NCBI RefSeq assembly: GCF_001194135.2
Contig: NC_068981.1
Coordinates: 189,309,199-189,360,355 of the forward strand
Reading direction: 5' to 3'
Source: Octopus bimaculoides
Taxonomy: Eukaryota
DNA: 51,157 nucleotides
A program made the translations under genes and the position numbers. Positions 1 through 10,913 of this stretch are shown piece after piece. The stretch's first letter is position 1; each line of letters opens with the position of its first letter. The notes beneath the pieces were generated by a model, which did not search any database, was not told the origin of the DNA, and saw only the letters and a program-made list of their open reading frames with translations.

Positions 1-317
1 CAGACCGGGCATTGTGAGTGTTTATTGAGCAAAAACACCTAAAGCTCCACGAGGCTCCGGCAGGGGATGGTGGCGAACCCTGCTGTACTCTTCCACCACA
101 ACTTTCTCTCTTTCTTCATCTTTCTGTTGTACCTGTATTTCAAAGGGGTCAGCCTTGTCACACTGTGTCACGTTGAATATCCCCGAGAACTATGTTAAGG
201 GTACACGTGTCTGTGGAGTGCTCAGCCACTTGCACGTTAATTTCACGAGCAGGCTGTTCCGCTGATCAGATCAACTGGAACCCTCAACATCGTAAGCGAC
301 GGAATGCCAACAACAAA
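1..317 (+). mobile_element. SINE family B body and 3' end (head lies before the window), (CAA)-type tail
   Basis: Shares GTACCTGTATTTCAAAG...GAGAACTATGTTAA...CTCAGCCACTTGCAC with 35885-36126 (+) and 23680-23935 (-); ends GCCAACAACAAA. Confidence 0.75.
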
Positions 318-927
318 TTTCAAACACCAAATTAATTGATTTAGTGTGTAAATTTGTAAGCAAAATGTCACATGACAGGTGATACGTGATTAAAGTAATA
401 ATCATTAGATTGCTCTTAAATATATAATTACCAGATTTCTTGCATACTTATGTATGTGAATAAATTAATAAATACCAGGGGTCAGCAAAGTGATCGATAT
501 TGACCCCTGAGGGGTTTGTGGTTTTCTAAACAGCTGATAAACACTTTAAATAATTTAGAACATTAAGGGTGTTGAATTATTAACAAACTGTGTCTGGAAG
601 AGCATCATAATTTAAGGCTGAGACTCAGTAATTTCCAGCCAAATAATCAATGCAATAACTAGTCTTCACCAAATGTATATTCCACATCAAATATTCTGAC
701 GATATCAATACAATAAGATTGAATTTTTATTGTTCTTTGTCATTTGCATTAAGTATTCTCATTAAATTTACCTATTAAAAGTCATAGCGCCAAAGAACAA
801 AGGAGTTATTGATTTTCAAAGCAATAAACTTATTATTCTTGTTATTTTTAGAAATTTATGTGGTGATCAATAAGCTCTCAATAATTCCATGAAGTGGGTT
901 AGTGGTATATGAAGTTTGCCACCCCTA

Positions 928-978
<51 letters not shown>

Positions 979-1722
979 NNNNNNNNNNNNNNNNNNNNNN
1001 NNNNNNNNNNNNNNNNNNNNNNNNNNNNNNNNNNNNNNNNNNNNNNNNNNNNNNNNNNNNNNNNNNNNNNNNNNNNNNNNNNNNNNNNNNNNNNNNNNNN
1101 NNNNNNNNNNNNNNNNNNNNNNNNNNNNNNNNNNNNNNNNNNNNNNNNNNNNNNNNNNNNNNNNNNNNNNNNNNNNNNNNNNNNNNNNNNNNNNNNNNNN
1201 NNNNNNNNNNNNNNNNNNNNNNNNNNNNNNNNNNNNNNNNNNNNNNNNNNNNNNNNNNNNNNNNNNNNNNNNNNNNNNNNNNNNNNNNNNNNNNNNNNNN
1301 NNNNNNNNNNNNNNNNNNNNNNNNNNNNNNNNNNNNNNNNNNNNNNNNNNNNNNNNNNNNNNNNNNNNNNNNNNNNNNNNNNNNNNNNNNNNNNNNNNNN
1401 NNNNNNNNNNNNNNNNNNNNNNNNNNNNNNNNNNNNNNNNNNNNGGCAATTTTCCAGAATCTCCGTATCTGAAAACGAAGATTTTTGACAAACAAAGAAA
1501 AAAAAAAAACACACTGCGAGAAAATGGTGGGGACGGGAGGAAGTCTTTCCAAATAAAGTCTCGCTGTTATAAAATTTTGTTCCTTGTATTATTTCCATGA
1601 GCGAACACGCAACATGTTATATAATGGTGGGCAAGATTCCGTAGTAAAACCAAAGGATACTTTATACCTAAACCCCTGCTCCCTACAACAATATCAATTC
1701 TTTAAAGATTTTGTGCCCCCAC

Positions 1723-1847
1723 CACTAGCGTAGCTAGAATGTGTGCCGCTCGCGGTGGCCCTTCCGTTTTTCGATCCCGGACCCCACAAAAAACACATTG
1801 TTTACAGCAGACCCAAAAGTCCCACCCAACGCCCAGCTACGCTAGTG
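1723..1847. mobile_element. 125-bp hAT-type MITE
   Basis: Perfect 13-bp TIRs CACTAGCGTAGCT / AGCTACGCTAGTG; 8-bp flanks GCCCCCAC (1715-1722) and GCTCCCAC (1848-1855), 7/8 identical, as expected for a hAT TSD. Confidence 0.8.
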
Positions 1848-2013
1848 GCTCCCACCTAATTCCTTCCTATTGAGGTAGTGACGGCTATTCTGATACTTTG
1901 CCTGAATTTGAACAATATTTATGTCTATATAAAAATAAGTCATACCTAAAATATTAATCTTCTGTTGACGTGAAAAAAAAAAATCGTATTTTTTCTTTGC
2001 TTTTTAATTTAAG

Positions 2014-2042
2014 ACTAAAACGCATTATCAACATAACGAAAG
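2014..2042 (+). CDS. Candidate short internal exon of unrecognised gene (x-LKRIINITK-V)
   Basis: Long pyrimidine tract ending TTTAAG before 2014, AAG|gttatt after 2042; ends in phase 1, matching the exon at 2346. Only 29 nt, so chance is possible. Confidence 0.35.
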
Positions 2043-2345
2043 GTTATTGTAAAGAATATTTCGTAGTCAAAATTATACAACATCTCGAAAAGTAGTAATA
2101 ATTATATTTAATTATAACCGTCTTAATTAGAGTGACAACATGAATAAATCCGATGAGTATTAGTAAAATGTCGAAAAGCCTGTTCAACTCGATAAGTGAA
2201 CGATTGAATTTTGTGTAGAATTGATGTTTTTCTCTGTTCTTTCTTTGATTGTGGTTATTTTTACTTGTTTTTGATATGCATATTAATGTCGAATGTAATT
2301 AAGTATGCTGTAACAATAAATTCATATTAATTTCCATAAATATAG

Positions 2346-2492
2346 TCAAAATTTATACCGAAAAATGCAATAAGTTCTGCGGTCTCAATATTTGCGAAAT
2401 GACATTAATTGCTGATGAATTAAGAGAAACATTTAAAACTCGTGGGAAAACACTCAACAAGGTTGTAATTAGAATATATTTACAATGTTCAG
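2346..2492 (+). CDS. Candidate internal exon: KIYTEKCNKFCGLNICEMTLIADELRETFKTRGKTLNKVVIRIYLQCS
   Basis: tatag| acceptor and CAG|gtaaaa donor; 147 nt, phase 1 to phase 1, 48 codons without a stop in very AT-rich DNA. Confidence 0.6.
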
Positions 2493-3080
2493 GTAAAAAA
2501 AAAATGTTTGCATATATTGACAAGTGAAAAATAATTCCAAACAAAACATTTTTGTTTTCAAAAAACATTAGGCTAAAATAATTCAAAGAGTAACAGACGA
2601 CACTTGACAGCCATTATATTAAAAGATTTCAAATGACGGACAGATTTTGTGATTTTCTGCATGAGCAATGTTAAGGGAGAAAAAAATTAGAAATTTGAAG
2701 CACATGAAAAAGAAAACAATTCATTGAAGTTTATGAAATATAATTAAACAAATGAACCTACCTTTAGCTGAGTACTTCGAATTGTTGAATGTTTTGCTTC
2801 AGCCTAATTTCAAGTGATATTTCGAAAATGCAAAGCAACTTGATACAGTTTTTATAATTTGAAGTAATAAAACAATATATATCTACTAAGATGAACTAGA
2901 CTCGTTCAAGTATTATTTATCAGATTTCATTGAATGGGGTTTTTAATATTATACTTACTTTCATCTGAGTGCAAACGTCAATTGTTCAGACGACATTAGA
3001 GGGCTGTTCAGTTCCAAGAAAACTTCGTAGAGTTTGTGTGACGTCACAGTCTGTTAATTTAAAAGATGCATTCGTTTTTT

Positions 3081-3253
3081 CTTTTTTATTCTTCTGCTTG
3101 TTTCAGTCATTTGATTGCGGCCTTGCTGGAGAATCGCCTTTAGACGAACAAATCGACCCAGGATTTATTCTATGTAAGCATAGTACGTAGTCTATCACAC
3201 ACTGTTGCCGGACCTCTAAGTTACGGGGACGTCAGCACACCAACATTGGTCGT
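3081..3253 (-). mobile_element. SINE family A, 3' half (interrupted copy)
   Basis: GTTTCAGTCATTTGA..GCGGCC..GCTGGAG..CGCCTTTAG...GTTACGGGGACGT matches the full copies at 19413, 37472 and 50698. Confidence 0.85.
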
Positions 3254-3543
3254 TACTACTCCCCATTGACAAAAAGGCGCACAAATTGTCCTGTTTGTGT
3301 CACCAATTTTGACCCTCCGCAAAATCCGAAATTTTATTTAATTTACTTTGCGGGAGCAACTGTTTCATTTAAAGCGTATATTGTTAAAATACTCGAAATA
3401 CGAGACTAGAAAAACAGCCAACAACTGATGAAGGGTCGTTCTTTATGTTGTTTGTTTTGTTTTCCATCTGTGTCTTTCGTTATTCGAAAGAATAGTTCAT
3501 GTTCCATGTACTCGTGCTTCGTACTTTATATATATGTATATAT
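3254..3543 (+). repeat. Dispersed repeat family F inserted into SINE A
   Basis: GGGAGCAACTGT and CAGCC.ACAACTGA.GAAGGGTCGTTCTTTATGTT are shared with the reverse complement of 45385-45615. Confidence 0.65.
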
Positions 3544-3758
3544 NNNNNNNNNNNNNNNNNNNNNNNNNNNNNNNNNNNNNNNNNNNNNNNNNNNNNNNNN
3601 NNNNNNNNNNNNNNNNNNNNNNNNNNNNNNNNNNNNNNNNNNNNNNNNNNNNNNNNNNNNNNNNNNNNNNNNNNNNNNNNNNNNNNNNNNNNNNNNNNNN
3701 NNNNNNNNNNNNNNNNNNNNNNNNNNNNNNNNNNNNNNNNNNNNNNNNNNNNNNNNNN

Positions 3759-3921
3759 TATATACGACGGGCTTCTTTCAGTTTCTGCCTACCAAATCCA
3801 CTTACTCGGCCCGAGTGTATAATAGAAGACACTTACTTGCCCAAGGTGTCACGCAGTGGGACTGAACCCGGAACGATGTGGTTGGTAAGCAAGCTTTTTA
3901 CCACACAGCCACTCCTACACC
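3759..3921 (-). mobile_element. SINE family A, tRNA-derived head plus CORE-like segment
   Basis: Reverse complement reads GGAGTGGCTGTGTGGTAAAAAGCTTGCT...CCGGGTTCAGTCCCACTGCGTGACACCTTGGGCAAGT, with A-box and B-box-like motifs followed by a CORE-like CCTTGGGCAAGT. Confidence 0.85.
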
Positions 3922-4057
3922 TGTTAAATTTTATTTTCTCCTCTAACGAAGAAGTGTTTCACTTAAAATAGTTTAATTGCATTTGAATTGAAGACCTATA
4001 TTCTTTTTATTATCAGAAAAAAATAAAGTGCATTGACACTAAACGGTAATTTTCAAG

Positions 4058-4125
4058 CGAAATCGATTGGATGGAATGAGGCCAAGACAAAAGTTAGCGT
4101 TGACCGCTTCTTAGGACTTACACAG
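4058..4125 (+). CDS. Candidate internal exon: (A)KSIGWNEAKTKVSVDRFLGLTQ
   Basis: ttttcaag| acceptor and CAG|gtttaa donor; 68 nt; starts in phase 1 (joins 2492) and ends in phase 0 (joins 10997). Confidence 0.55.
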
Positions 4126-4209
4126 GTTTAAATTTGAACGGACTTCGGAACAACTTTCACTTCTTCTCGAGGTGAAGAAAATGGCGATGAATTGTGTGAG
4201 ACAGAGCTC

Positions 4210-4745
4210 AGATCTTTCTGATTTAGCGGGCGCCACTTGTTTTCTTAACGAAACACTTTCAAACTTGGAACACTGGTAGAATGTGTCATATAAAACATCT
4301 TTTACTCTTAGTGTTATTGAGAAAATTTTATCTTTTTAAAATTATTTCGTGTTAAAATTGTCGTATTTCGGTAATTTTAACCAATCACTGACGTCTATTG
4401 AGGTGAAAACAATTACTGCTGTGGAATGTAAACAAGACGTTCTAGCAGTGTAATGGGATTTCTTCCTTTGAATAAAATTAGTGCTGTTATTTGTCAACAA
4501 CAATTATCGGCCGTACTGTTATTTATGACATCGTTCGTGCGTTTGTACTGATTTAAGCTTTAGGGTTTTAGGGTTAGGGTTCGGGTTTTAGAGTTAGAGT
4601 TAGGGTTAGGGTTATAAGTATTTTTGCCAAACCCTAACCCTAACCCTAAAACCCTAACCGAAACCCTAACCCTAAAATCTTATGAAGGTCGCTGCTAGAT
4701 CCCACTGGTGTCTATTGGGGCGGTATAGATTTAGTCTGGGAACTT
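4210..4745 (+). mobile_element. Non-autonomous element containing a TTAGGG/CCCTAA fold-back (class uncertain, Helentron/HINE-like)
   Basis: About 185 bp (4210-4397) match the reverse complement of 7586-7770; GATCT at 4211 (GGGATCT in the other copy) and AGATCCC at 4697-4703 look like subterminal inverted repeats. Confidence 0.55.
4560..4675. repeat. Interstitial telomere-like array, degenerate (TTAGGG)n then (CCCTAA)n
   Basis: Seen directly; a short AT-rich spacer separates the G-rich and C-rich arms. Confidence 0.9.
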
Positions 4746-4788
4746 TTTGACATACGTACATACATACGTTTATATATATATTTATTTT

Positions 4789-4825
<37 letters not shown>

Positions 4826-5351
4826 ATATATATATATTTATTTATATGTATATATATATATCTTTATTTATATATATATATATATATATTTATTTATATA
4901 TATATATTNNNNNNNNNNNNNNNNNNNNNNNNNNNNNNNNNNNNNNNNNNNNNNNNNNNNNNNNNNNNNNNNNNNNNNNNNNNNNNNNNNNNNNNNNNNN
5001 NNNNNNNNNNNNNNNNNNNNNNNNNNNNNNNNNNNNNNNNNNNNNNNNNNNNNNNNNNNNNNNNNNNNNNNNNNNNNNNNNNNNNNNNNNNNNNNNNNNN
5101 NNNNNNNNNNNNNNNNNNNNNNNNNNNNNNNNNNNNNNNNNNNNNNNNNNNNNNNNNNNNNNNNNNNNNNNNNNNNNNNNNNNNNNNNNNNNNNNNNNNN
5201 NNNNNNNNNNNNNNNNNNNNNNNNNNNNNNNNNNNNNNNNNNNNNNNNNNNNNNNNNNNNNNNNNNNNNNNNNNNNNNNNNNNNNNNNNNNNNNNNNNNN
5301 NNNNNNNTATATATATATATATATATATATATTAATGTATGCGTGTATGTA

Positions 5352-5670
5352 TATGCCGGTGGCACGTAAACACCACGATCCGAACGAGGTTGATGCTCCC
5401 CACCCCAACTGGCTCCTGTGCCGGTGACACGCAAAAAGCAGTATCCAAACGTGGCCAGTGCCAGTGTCACCTAACTGGCTCCCCGTGCTGGTGGCACGTA
5501 AAAAGCACCCGCTTCACGCTTGGAGTGGTTGGCGCTAGGAAGGACATCCAGCTGTAGAAACATTACCAGATCAAAATGGAGCCTTGTGCAGCCTCATGGC
5601 TTACCAGTCCCCAGTCAAACCGTTCAATCCATGCCAGCATGGAAAGCGGACATTAAACGATGTTGATGAT
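5352..5670 (+). mobile_element. SINE family C, RTE-like 3' end with (GAT)n tail
   Basis: GTGGCACGTAAAAAGCAC units, then AGGAAGGACATCCAGCTGTAGAAAC...ATGCCAGCATGGAAAGCGGACATTAAACGATG; several copies in the window. Confidence 0.8.
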
Positions 5671-5690
5671 ATATGTATGTATGTATTTAT

Positions 5691-5946
5691 GGGTAATCTT
5701 CAAGTTTAGGGGGATAAAAAAAATAAATAAAAATATTCAAGGGAAGTAACTGAACGTCTTACCAGTATTCTCCGTACATCTCTGTTTATAAATAAATCAC
5801 ACACGTGATTTGATTGACGTTAGGGTTAGGGTGTGATTTATTTATAAACAGCTAGAAGAAAACGGATAATACTGATAAGTCGTTCAGTTATTTCCCTTGA
5901 ATATTTTTATTTACTTTTTTTACCCCCCTAAACTTGAAGATTACCC
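5691..5946. mobile_element. 256-bp fold-back MITE with TTAGGGTTAGGG in the loop
   Basis: Arms of about 110 bp: GGGTAATCTTCAAGTTTAGGGGG... / ...CCCCCCTAAACTTGAAGATTACCC; TATTTAT on both flanks (5684-5690, 5947-5953). Confidence 0.85.
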
Positions 5947-5995
5947 TATTTATGTATATACGAGGTGGTATCAAACAGTTTTATACGTATATATA

Positions 5996-6662
5996 TCTAC
6001 TACATATGTGGGAAATTCTGTTGCGGGTGTGTTTGTTTGTGGAGTTGTTAGCTAACTCCTCCTACATTGTTTTATCGATTTTGATGAAACTTGACACGTG
6101 AATAGAACTCATGTCTGGAAACCTCATGGCTTACTCAGATTGTTGAAAAAAAAATCGATAATAGGGCACCTGGAAGGGATCCTTATATATAACTAATATA
6201 TATTTTTTAAGGGAAATAACCCATTATTTTCCTATATTATTTGATATAAATCAAATTGAGTATGCTTATTTCTTAGTATTTGAACTGTTTGAGCTATTTT
6301 CGCAATTTATCCAGTACAACCCGTAAACATGTAAATAGTATTTTCCTAAACAATAAATCCACTTATTTCGGTTAGTGACTTATTCACGAATATACCAACA
6401 CTAGAGCTTTTTTTAGAGTTATTTACTTTGAATTGTTATTATCTCATATCTGATTTGCTTGTTATTACGTAAAATGCTTCACGATTTTAGTATACATACC
6501 TTATTATTATTTCCTCCTAAGTTCTGTATACTCTGGGAATGCATTAAAGCCCCTTTTCGGGGCTACATACTTTGTATTGTTATTGGATTAACGAAACAAT
6601 TACGAGAACGGAACCAAGGGATAAGCCCCGCTTTTCCGGGAATTACCAGGTACGTCAGCTAG
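5996..6662 (+). mobile_element. Non-autonomous Helitron
   Basis: A|TC 5' start (TCTACTACATAT), subterminal GC hairpin CCGGG-AATTA-CCAGG (6636-6650), 3' CTAG|T end (6659-6662), no TSD. Confidence 0.7.
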
Positions 6663-7489
6663 TATATATATATANNNNNNNNNNNNNNNNNNNNNNNNNN
6701 NNNNNNNNNNNNNNNNNNNNNNNNNNNNNNNNNNNNNNNNNNNNNNNNNNNNNNNNNNNNNNNNNNNNNNNNNNNNNNNNNNNNNNNNNNNNNNNNNNNN
6801 NNNNNNNNNNNNNNNNNNNNNNNNNNNNNNNNNNNNNNNNNNNNNNNNNNNNNNNNNNNNNNNNNNNNNNNNNNNNNNNNNNNNNNNNNNNNNNNNNNNN
6901 NNNNNNNNNNNNNNNNNNNNNNNNNNNNNNNNNNNNNNNNNNNNNNNNNNNNNNNNNNNNNNNNNNNNNNNNNNNNNNNNNNNNNNNNNNNNNNNNNNNN
7001 NNNNNNNNNNNNNNNNNNNNNNNNNNNNNNNNNNNNNNNNNNNNNNNNNNNNNNNNNNNNNNNNNNNNNNNNNNNNNNNNNNNNNNNNNNNNNNNNNNNN
7101 NNNNNNNNNNNNNNNNNNNNNNNNNNNNNNNNNNNNNNNNNNNNNNNNNNNNNNNNNNNNNNNNNNNNNNNNNNNNNNNNNNNNNNNNNNNNNNNNNNNN
7201 NNNNNNNNNNNNNNNNNNNNNNNNNNNNNNNNNNNNNNNNNNNNNNNNNNNNNNNNNNNNNNNNNNNNNNNNNNNNNNNNNNNNNNNNNNNNNNNNNNNN
7301 NNNNNNNNNNNNNNNNNNNNNNNNNNNNNNNNNNNNNNNNNNNNNNNNNNNNNNNNNNNNNNNNNNNNNNNNNNNNNNNNNNNNNNNNNNNNNNNNNNNN
7401 NNNNNNNNNNNNNNNNNNNNNNNNNNNNNNNTCATTTTCTTTTTTTTTTCTTCGTTTTATTTGCTTTTTTCTTTTTAAATTTGCTGTTT

Positions 7490-7770
7490 TACCCTAACCC
7501 TAACCCTAACCCTATCACCGATAGAATTGTTTCAGAATCGTTTGTTTATGTAGTCGGCACTTAATGAATGTATATCGGCTGAATGGACGTCAGTGATTGG
7601 TTGAAATTACAGAAATACGACAACTTTAACATGGAATAACTTAGGGATTTCTTTTTTTTTAAAGAAGACTAAGAGAAAAAGATGTTTTATATGACACATT
7701 CTACCAGTGTTCCAAGTTTCAAAGTGTTTCGTTAATGAAAAATGTGGCCCCCGTTTTAAAAAAGATCCCG
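7490..7770 (-). mobile_element. Relative of the 4210 element in inverted orientation, with (CCCTAA)n
   Basis: GATGTTTTATATGACACATTCTACCAGTGTTCCAAGTTT and GACGTCAGTGATTGGTT are reverse complements of 4260-4297 and 4380-4395; left end runs toward the N-gap. Confidence 0.7.
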
Positions 7771-8354
7771 AAACTGGTTTAGATATAGTTAGTTATCTTT
7801 TTACAAATAAACTTCAATATATTGTTAAATATAACTTCTGCTGTATTTAGTGATCGTTTTAAATTGAGGAAGTTGCAGTACTTATATCCTTGTTTATCAC
7901 AGGGATTTGTCTTTTGTTTTGTTTTTTTTAAAGTGCTAAATGAATCGTCTCACTGAGCTTTGTAAATGAGTCGAATGGTAGATTCATTGACACCAAACTC
8001 GTGGCCCACACCAGCGAAGTTTTCACCGTAATCCTATTTTCTTGATCATCTCTACTTTTCACTGCATTGTTTGTTAGGATCAGACTACTTCATAATCTTT
8101 CTGTTCACTGGTCCCAAGTATGTGCATACAAAGACAAGTGATAGTCAAGTGTACTGTGGATGGTCGTTAGGGCGCGTTCGATTGGTTGCCGACTCATGTT
8201 AACACAGATCAATCTGTGATAAGCATAACATGGTTCACAATTGAGAATGCCATGTTATCCTGCATCAGTGATAAATGAATCAGTAATAAACGAGGCTGTA
8301 TGTATCTCTAATTCTAAATTATGACGATCTTACATAAATTACAACTTTATTAAC

Positions 8355-8700
8355 ATGAGTAAGTGGCAATACAACCATGATGTCTCCATTAATGCATCTG
8401 ACCTCATGACGGAGTCAGTTGATTCTCTGTTCAGCATCTCTGATCATGCTGCTGTTATTTTTGGATCATCTGCATACTACAATTTGATCTCTGATTTCTT
8501 GTTTTCTCGCACAAAATTCTTAATGGCTGATAATTGGTTTGCCCTAAATGATTTGTTCTTCTCTATTGATTTGAATTTATTTGCTTCTGTGGAAAATGTG
8601 CAACTTAATTGGCATAAGTTCAAGACAATTTATTTTTATATGCCCAGATGTCATTCCCGATCAATACCGAAACGAAAACAGTCTGGTAATCACTTAGTGA
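8355..8700 (+). pseudogene. Decayed CR1/L2-clade LINE ORF2, end of APE endonuclease plus linker
   Basis: ORF 8355 contains SISDHAAVIF (APE SDH motif) then NW..L.D.F...NVQLNWHKFK...IPKRK, the typical post-endonuclease linker. Confidence 0.55.
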
Positions 8701-8989
8701 TAAATGATTTTTTGTTTTTGATTTTTGTTTCTTTTTTTTCTTTGCCAAAGTTAAAGCTGAAAAGGTGAGAACTTGGAAACAAATTGGATAGTTCCTACTT
8801 TACCTTTGCCAAACTCAGAAAACAACTACAATTTCGTTAGACTCACTATATCTCATTCTTTGATACTTGTACGCCAGAATGAGATACATTCTAAAAATTG
8901 TTCACGTTAACCAAATACGTCTACCTTGAAAAGAAAGTCCCATTACATAATCCCACATTCGTTTATTAACATTAACCACAGACCCATGT

Positions 8990-9400
8990 TCTTTTTCTTT
9001 TTAGGTGCCATGTTCAGTATTTTGGACATGGAGGACCATGTGCTGTCACAATTGTCTTCAATTGTTTTCTGTAACAGTCCCATTTCCTGAAGTTTAATGC
9101 CCCTTGTTCTCAACCAATTCGTCATACTTGACATCTATAAAATCCTTCTCTTTCCTGTTCTTCTTGTCTCGTCATCGCTAAATTCTCCTGACCCTCTTTC
9201 CTCAACACATAATTAAGAAATTTTAGTTGCTTGGCCCTTATCTCATGAAGCAGTTTCCTTTTACCACAGCTTGGGTCATTGCTACATTAAATATTTTGTC
9301 CATGCTATCCTCAATATTCTAGTTAAGAACCACATTTCACAGCTCTCCAAGTGCTTTCTCATATTATGTGCCACAGCTAAATGATTATTTTTAAACGCTC
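8990..9400 (-). pseudogene. Decayed RTE-clade LINE, 3' end of ORF
   Basis: Minus-strand pieces MRKHLESCEMWFLTRILRIAWTK, RKLLHEIRAKQLKFLNYVLRKEGQENLAMT and SMTNWLRTRGI...TWSSM match RTE C-terminal motifs (EMW..RR.L.I.W, RQL.FLGH..R). Confidence 0.75.
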
Positions 9401-9499
9401 CGCCTGGCCTGTATCATTTCAATGAACTTTCTCGTTGAACTGTTAAAGTTTTGTTGAATATATTTTTTTTCTGTTCTGGATACTGAAGCAAATTAACGA

Positions 9500-9735
9500 T
9501 TCAATATTCCAAGTCCACAGGGCCATGCGGGATTCAGAACTCCACTTTTAAATGGTAATTGTACCTCTTTGTTTTTACTCTTCTAATCACGTAATCAAAG
9601 TATAATTTCTATACAATTGAGGAGTGCCGTTGTTGCACCGGACTACAAAAATGAAGGAAGGAAATCTGATCTTAATAATTTCAGACCTTCTCACTTAACT
9701 CAAGTATTGACAACTTTGAAATTTCTGATTCTCTA
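9500..9735 (+). pseudogene. Decayed CR1/L2-clade RT N-terminal fragment
   Basis: KSTGPCGI (KS.GPDGI) and AVVAPDYKNEGRKSDLNNFRPSHLTQV (V.PI.K.G.KSD..NYRPISLT). Confidence 0.65.
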
Positions 9736-10592
9736 ATAACTTCTGTAGGCGCAGTTACCCACCTTGACAGCGGATTCAAACAAGCTGACGATATGGAGGG
9801 TGTTACGCAACATTAAGATTCAGACACTCACCTTTCCCTCTTTCTGCACTGGGACGCGAACTGTGAAGACGTAATTTGACTGGCTCTCTCTCTCATACCA
9901 CATGCCAACTACCAGATAGGAGCAAAAGCACAGAAGACCATGGCCTCTATGCACCAACGATTCCATTTATCATTCAGTTGTGTATATACATGTGGCCACA
10001 ATAAACGTATTTAAAGTTACAACTTTGTTTATGTATTCTTCATCCGGGTTTCCTACCAAACAAGATTACAGCCTTCCGAGTGAGTCACATTAGGTGGCTC
10101 AACAACAACCTACCCATCTAAACTTCTTTCCTAGATCGAAGTCGATCGAAAAATCCAGTGATGAGAAGCGTTCCGGTTGTGATCATTCCATCAATTTTGT
10201 CAATAAAAGACTATATTTATGCACTAAGTTTATGCAATATATCGTTCCTTCTTTTTCTTTGAGACAATAGTTTATGATTTGAGGGAGATTTCGTTGTTAT
10301 TTCTAGCAGGATGAGCCACTGTATAGCGGCTCCCTTGTGTTGCTGCTGTTGTTTATTCTTAGGTAAGTTCTGAATGACCAGACATGATCAAAGACCTACC
10401 AGTCAGAACTTCTGACCTATTTTCAAAAACTATATCTATCGCTACCTTATCAAATGTGTCGTTTCATTTTTAAGGCGAAAACGTATGATCTTCAGGGAGA
10501 TTTAGCTGCTATTTCTAGCAGACTGCACATATACTTAGGCTCTACCCATCTTTATTATTTTTATCTGCCTTGAACGGACGGTGAAATGTTTT

Positions 10593-10913
10593 GGCGATCT
10601 TTCAGTACGAGTTCCTAATTATCGGCCTTTTCCGTAACACCCGCACGATCTTCGCTACGGTGTTAGGGTTAGGGTTTTAGTGTCAGGGTTAGGGTTTTAG
10701 GGTTAGGGTTAGTGTTTAGGGTTAGGGTTACGGTTACGGTTAGGGACGGAATTCCCTAACGCAAACCCTAAAACCCAAACCCTAACTCGAAACCCTTCAA
10801 AATAAATCGCGCTCTCAGTATGTCTTTCGTTGTTATGACGTCGTTTCCCTGTTTCTCTCCAACACTTTTTACGGAAAAGGCCGATAATTAGGAACTCGTA
10901 CCGAAAGATCGCC
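10593..10913 (+). mobile_element. MITE with about 45-bp TIRs and an internal TTAGGG/CCCTAA fold-back, copy 1
   Basis: GGCGATCTTTCAGTACGAGTTCCTAATTATCGGCCTTTTCCGTAA ... TTACGGAAAAGGCCGATAATTAGGAACTCGTACCGAAAGATCGCC; internal TTAGGG/TTACGG array, GGAATTCC, then CCCTAA. Confidence 0.85.

Noticed and set aside
476-509. Hairpin CAGGGGTCA...TGACCCCTG resembling hAT ends
   Set aside because: Only 9-bp arms and no TSD.
2959-3050. Minus-strand segment with good acceptor and GTAAGT donor
   Set aside because: All three frames contain stops; no in-phase partner exons. A non-coding antisense exon cannot be excluded.
3425-3495. CTGATGAAGGG...CGAAAG in family F (and CTGACGAAGGG at 45520, minus) as a hammerhead
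   Set aside because: No credible stem II between the core and GAAA, and the second copy lacks a matching GAAA.
4560-4675. (TTAGGG)n-(CCCTAA)n as a chromosome end-to-end fusion scar
   Set aside because: The same arrangement recurs at about 10670-10790 and 11725-11812 inside TIR-bounded elements, so it is element-borne.
8460-8500. Minus-strand EIKL*YADDPKI resembling an RT catalytic motif
   Set aside because: Contains a stop and lacks flanking RT motifs; the plus strand has a longer coherent CR1/L2 reading.
9744-10089. Possible solo LTR (TGT...ACA with AATAAA)
   Set aside because: No target-site duplication, no second copy, no PBS or PPT.
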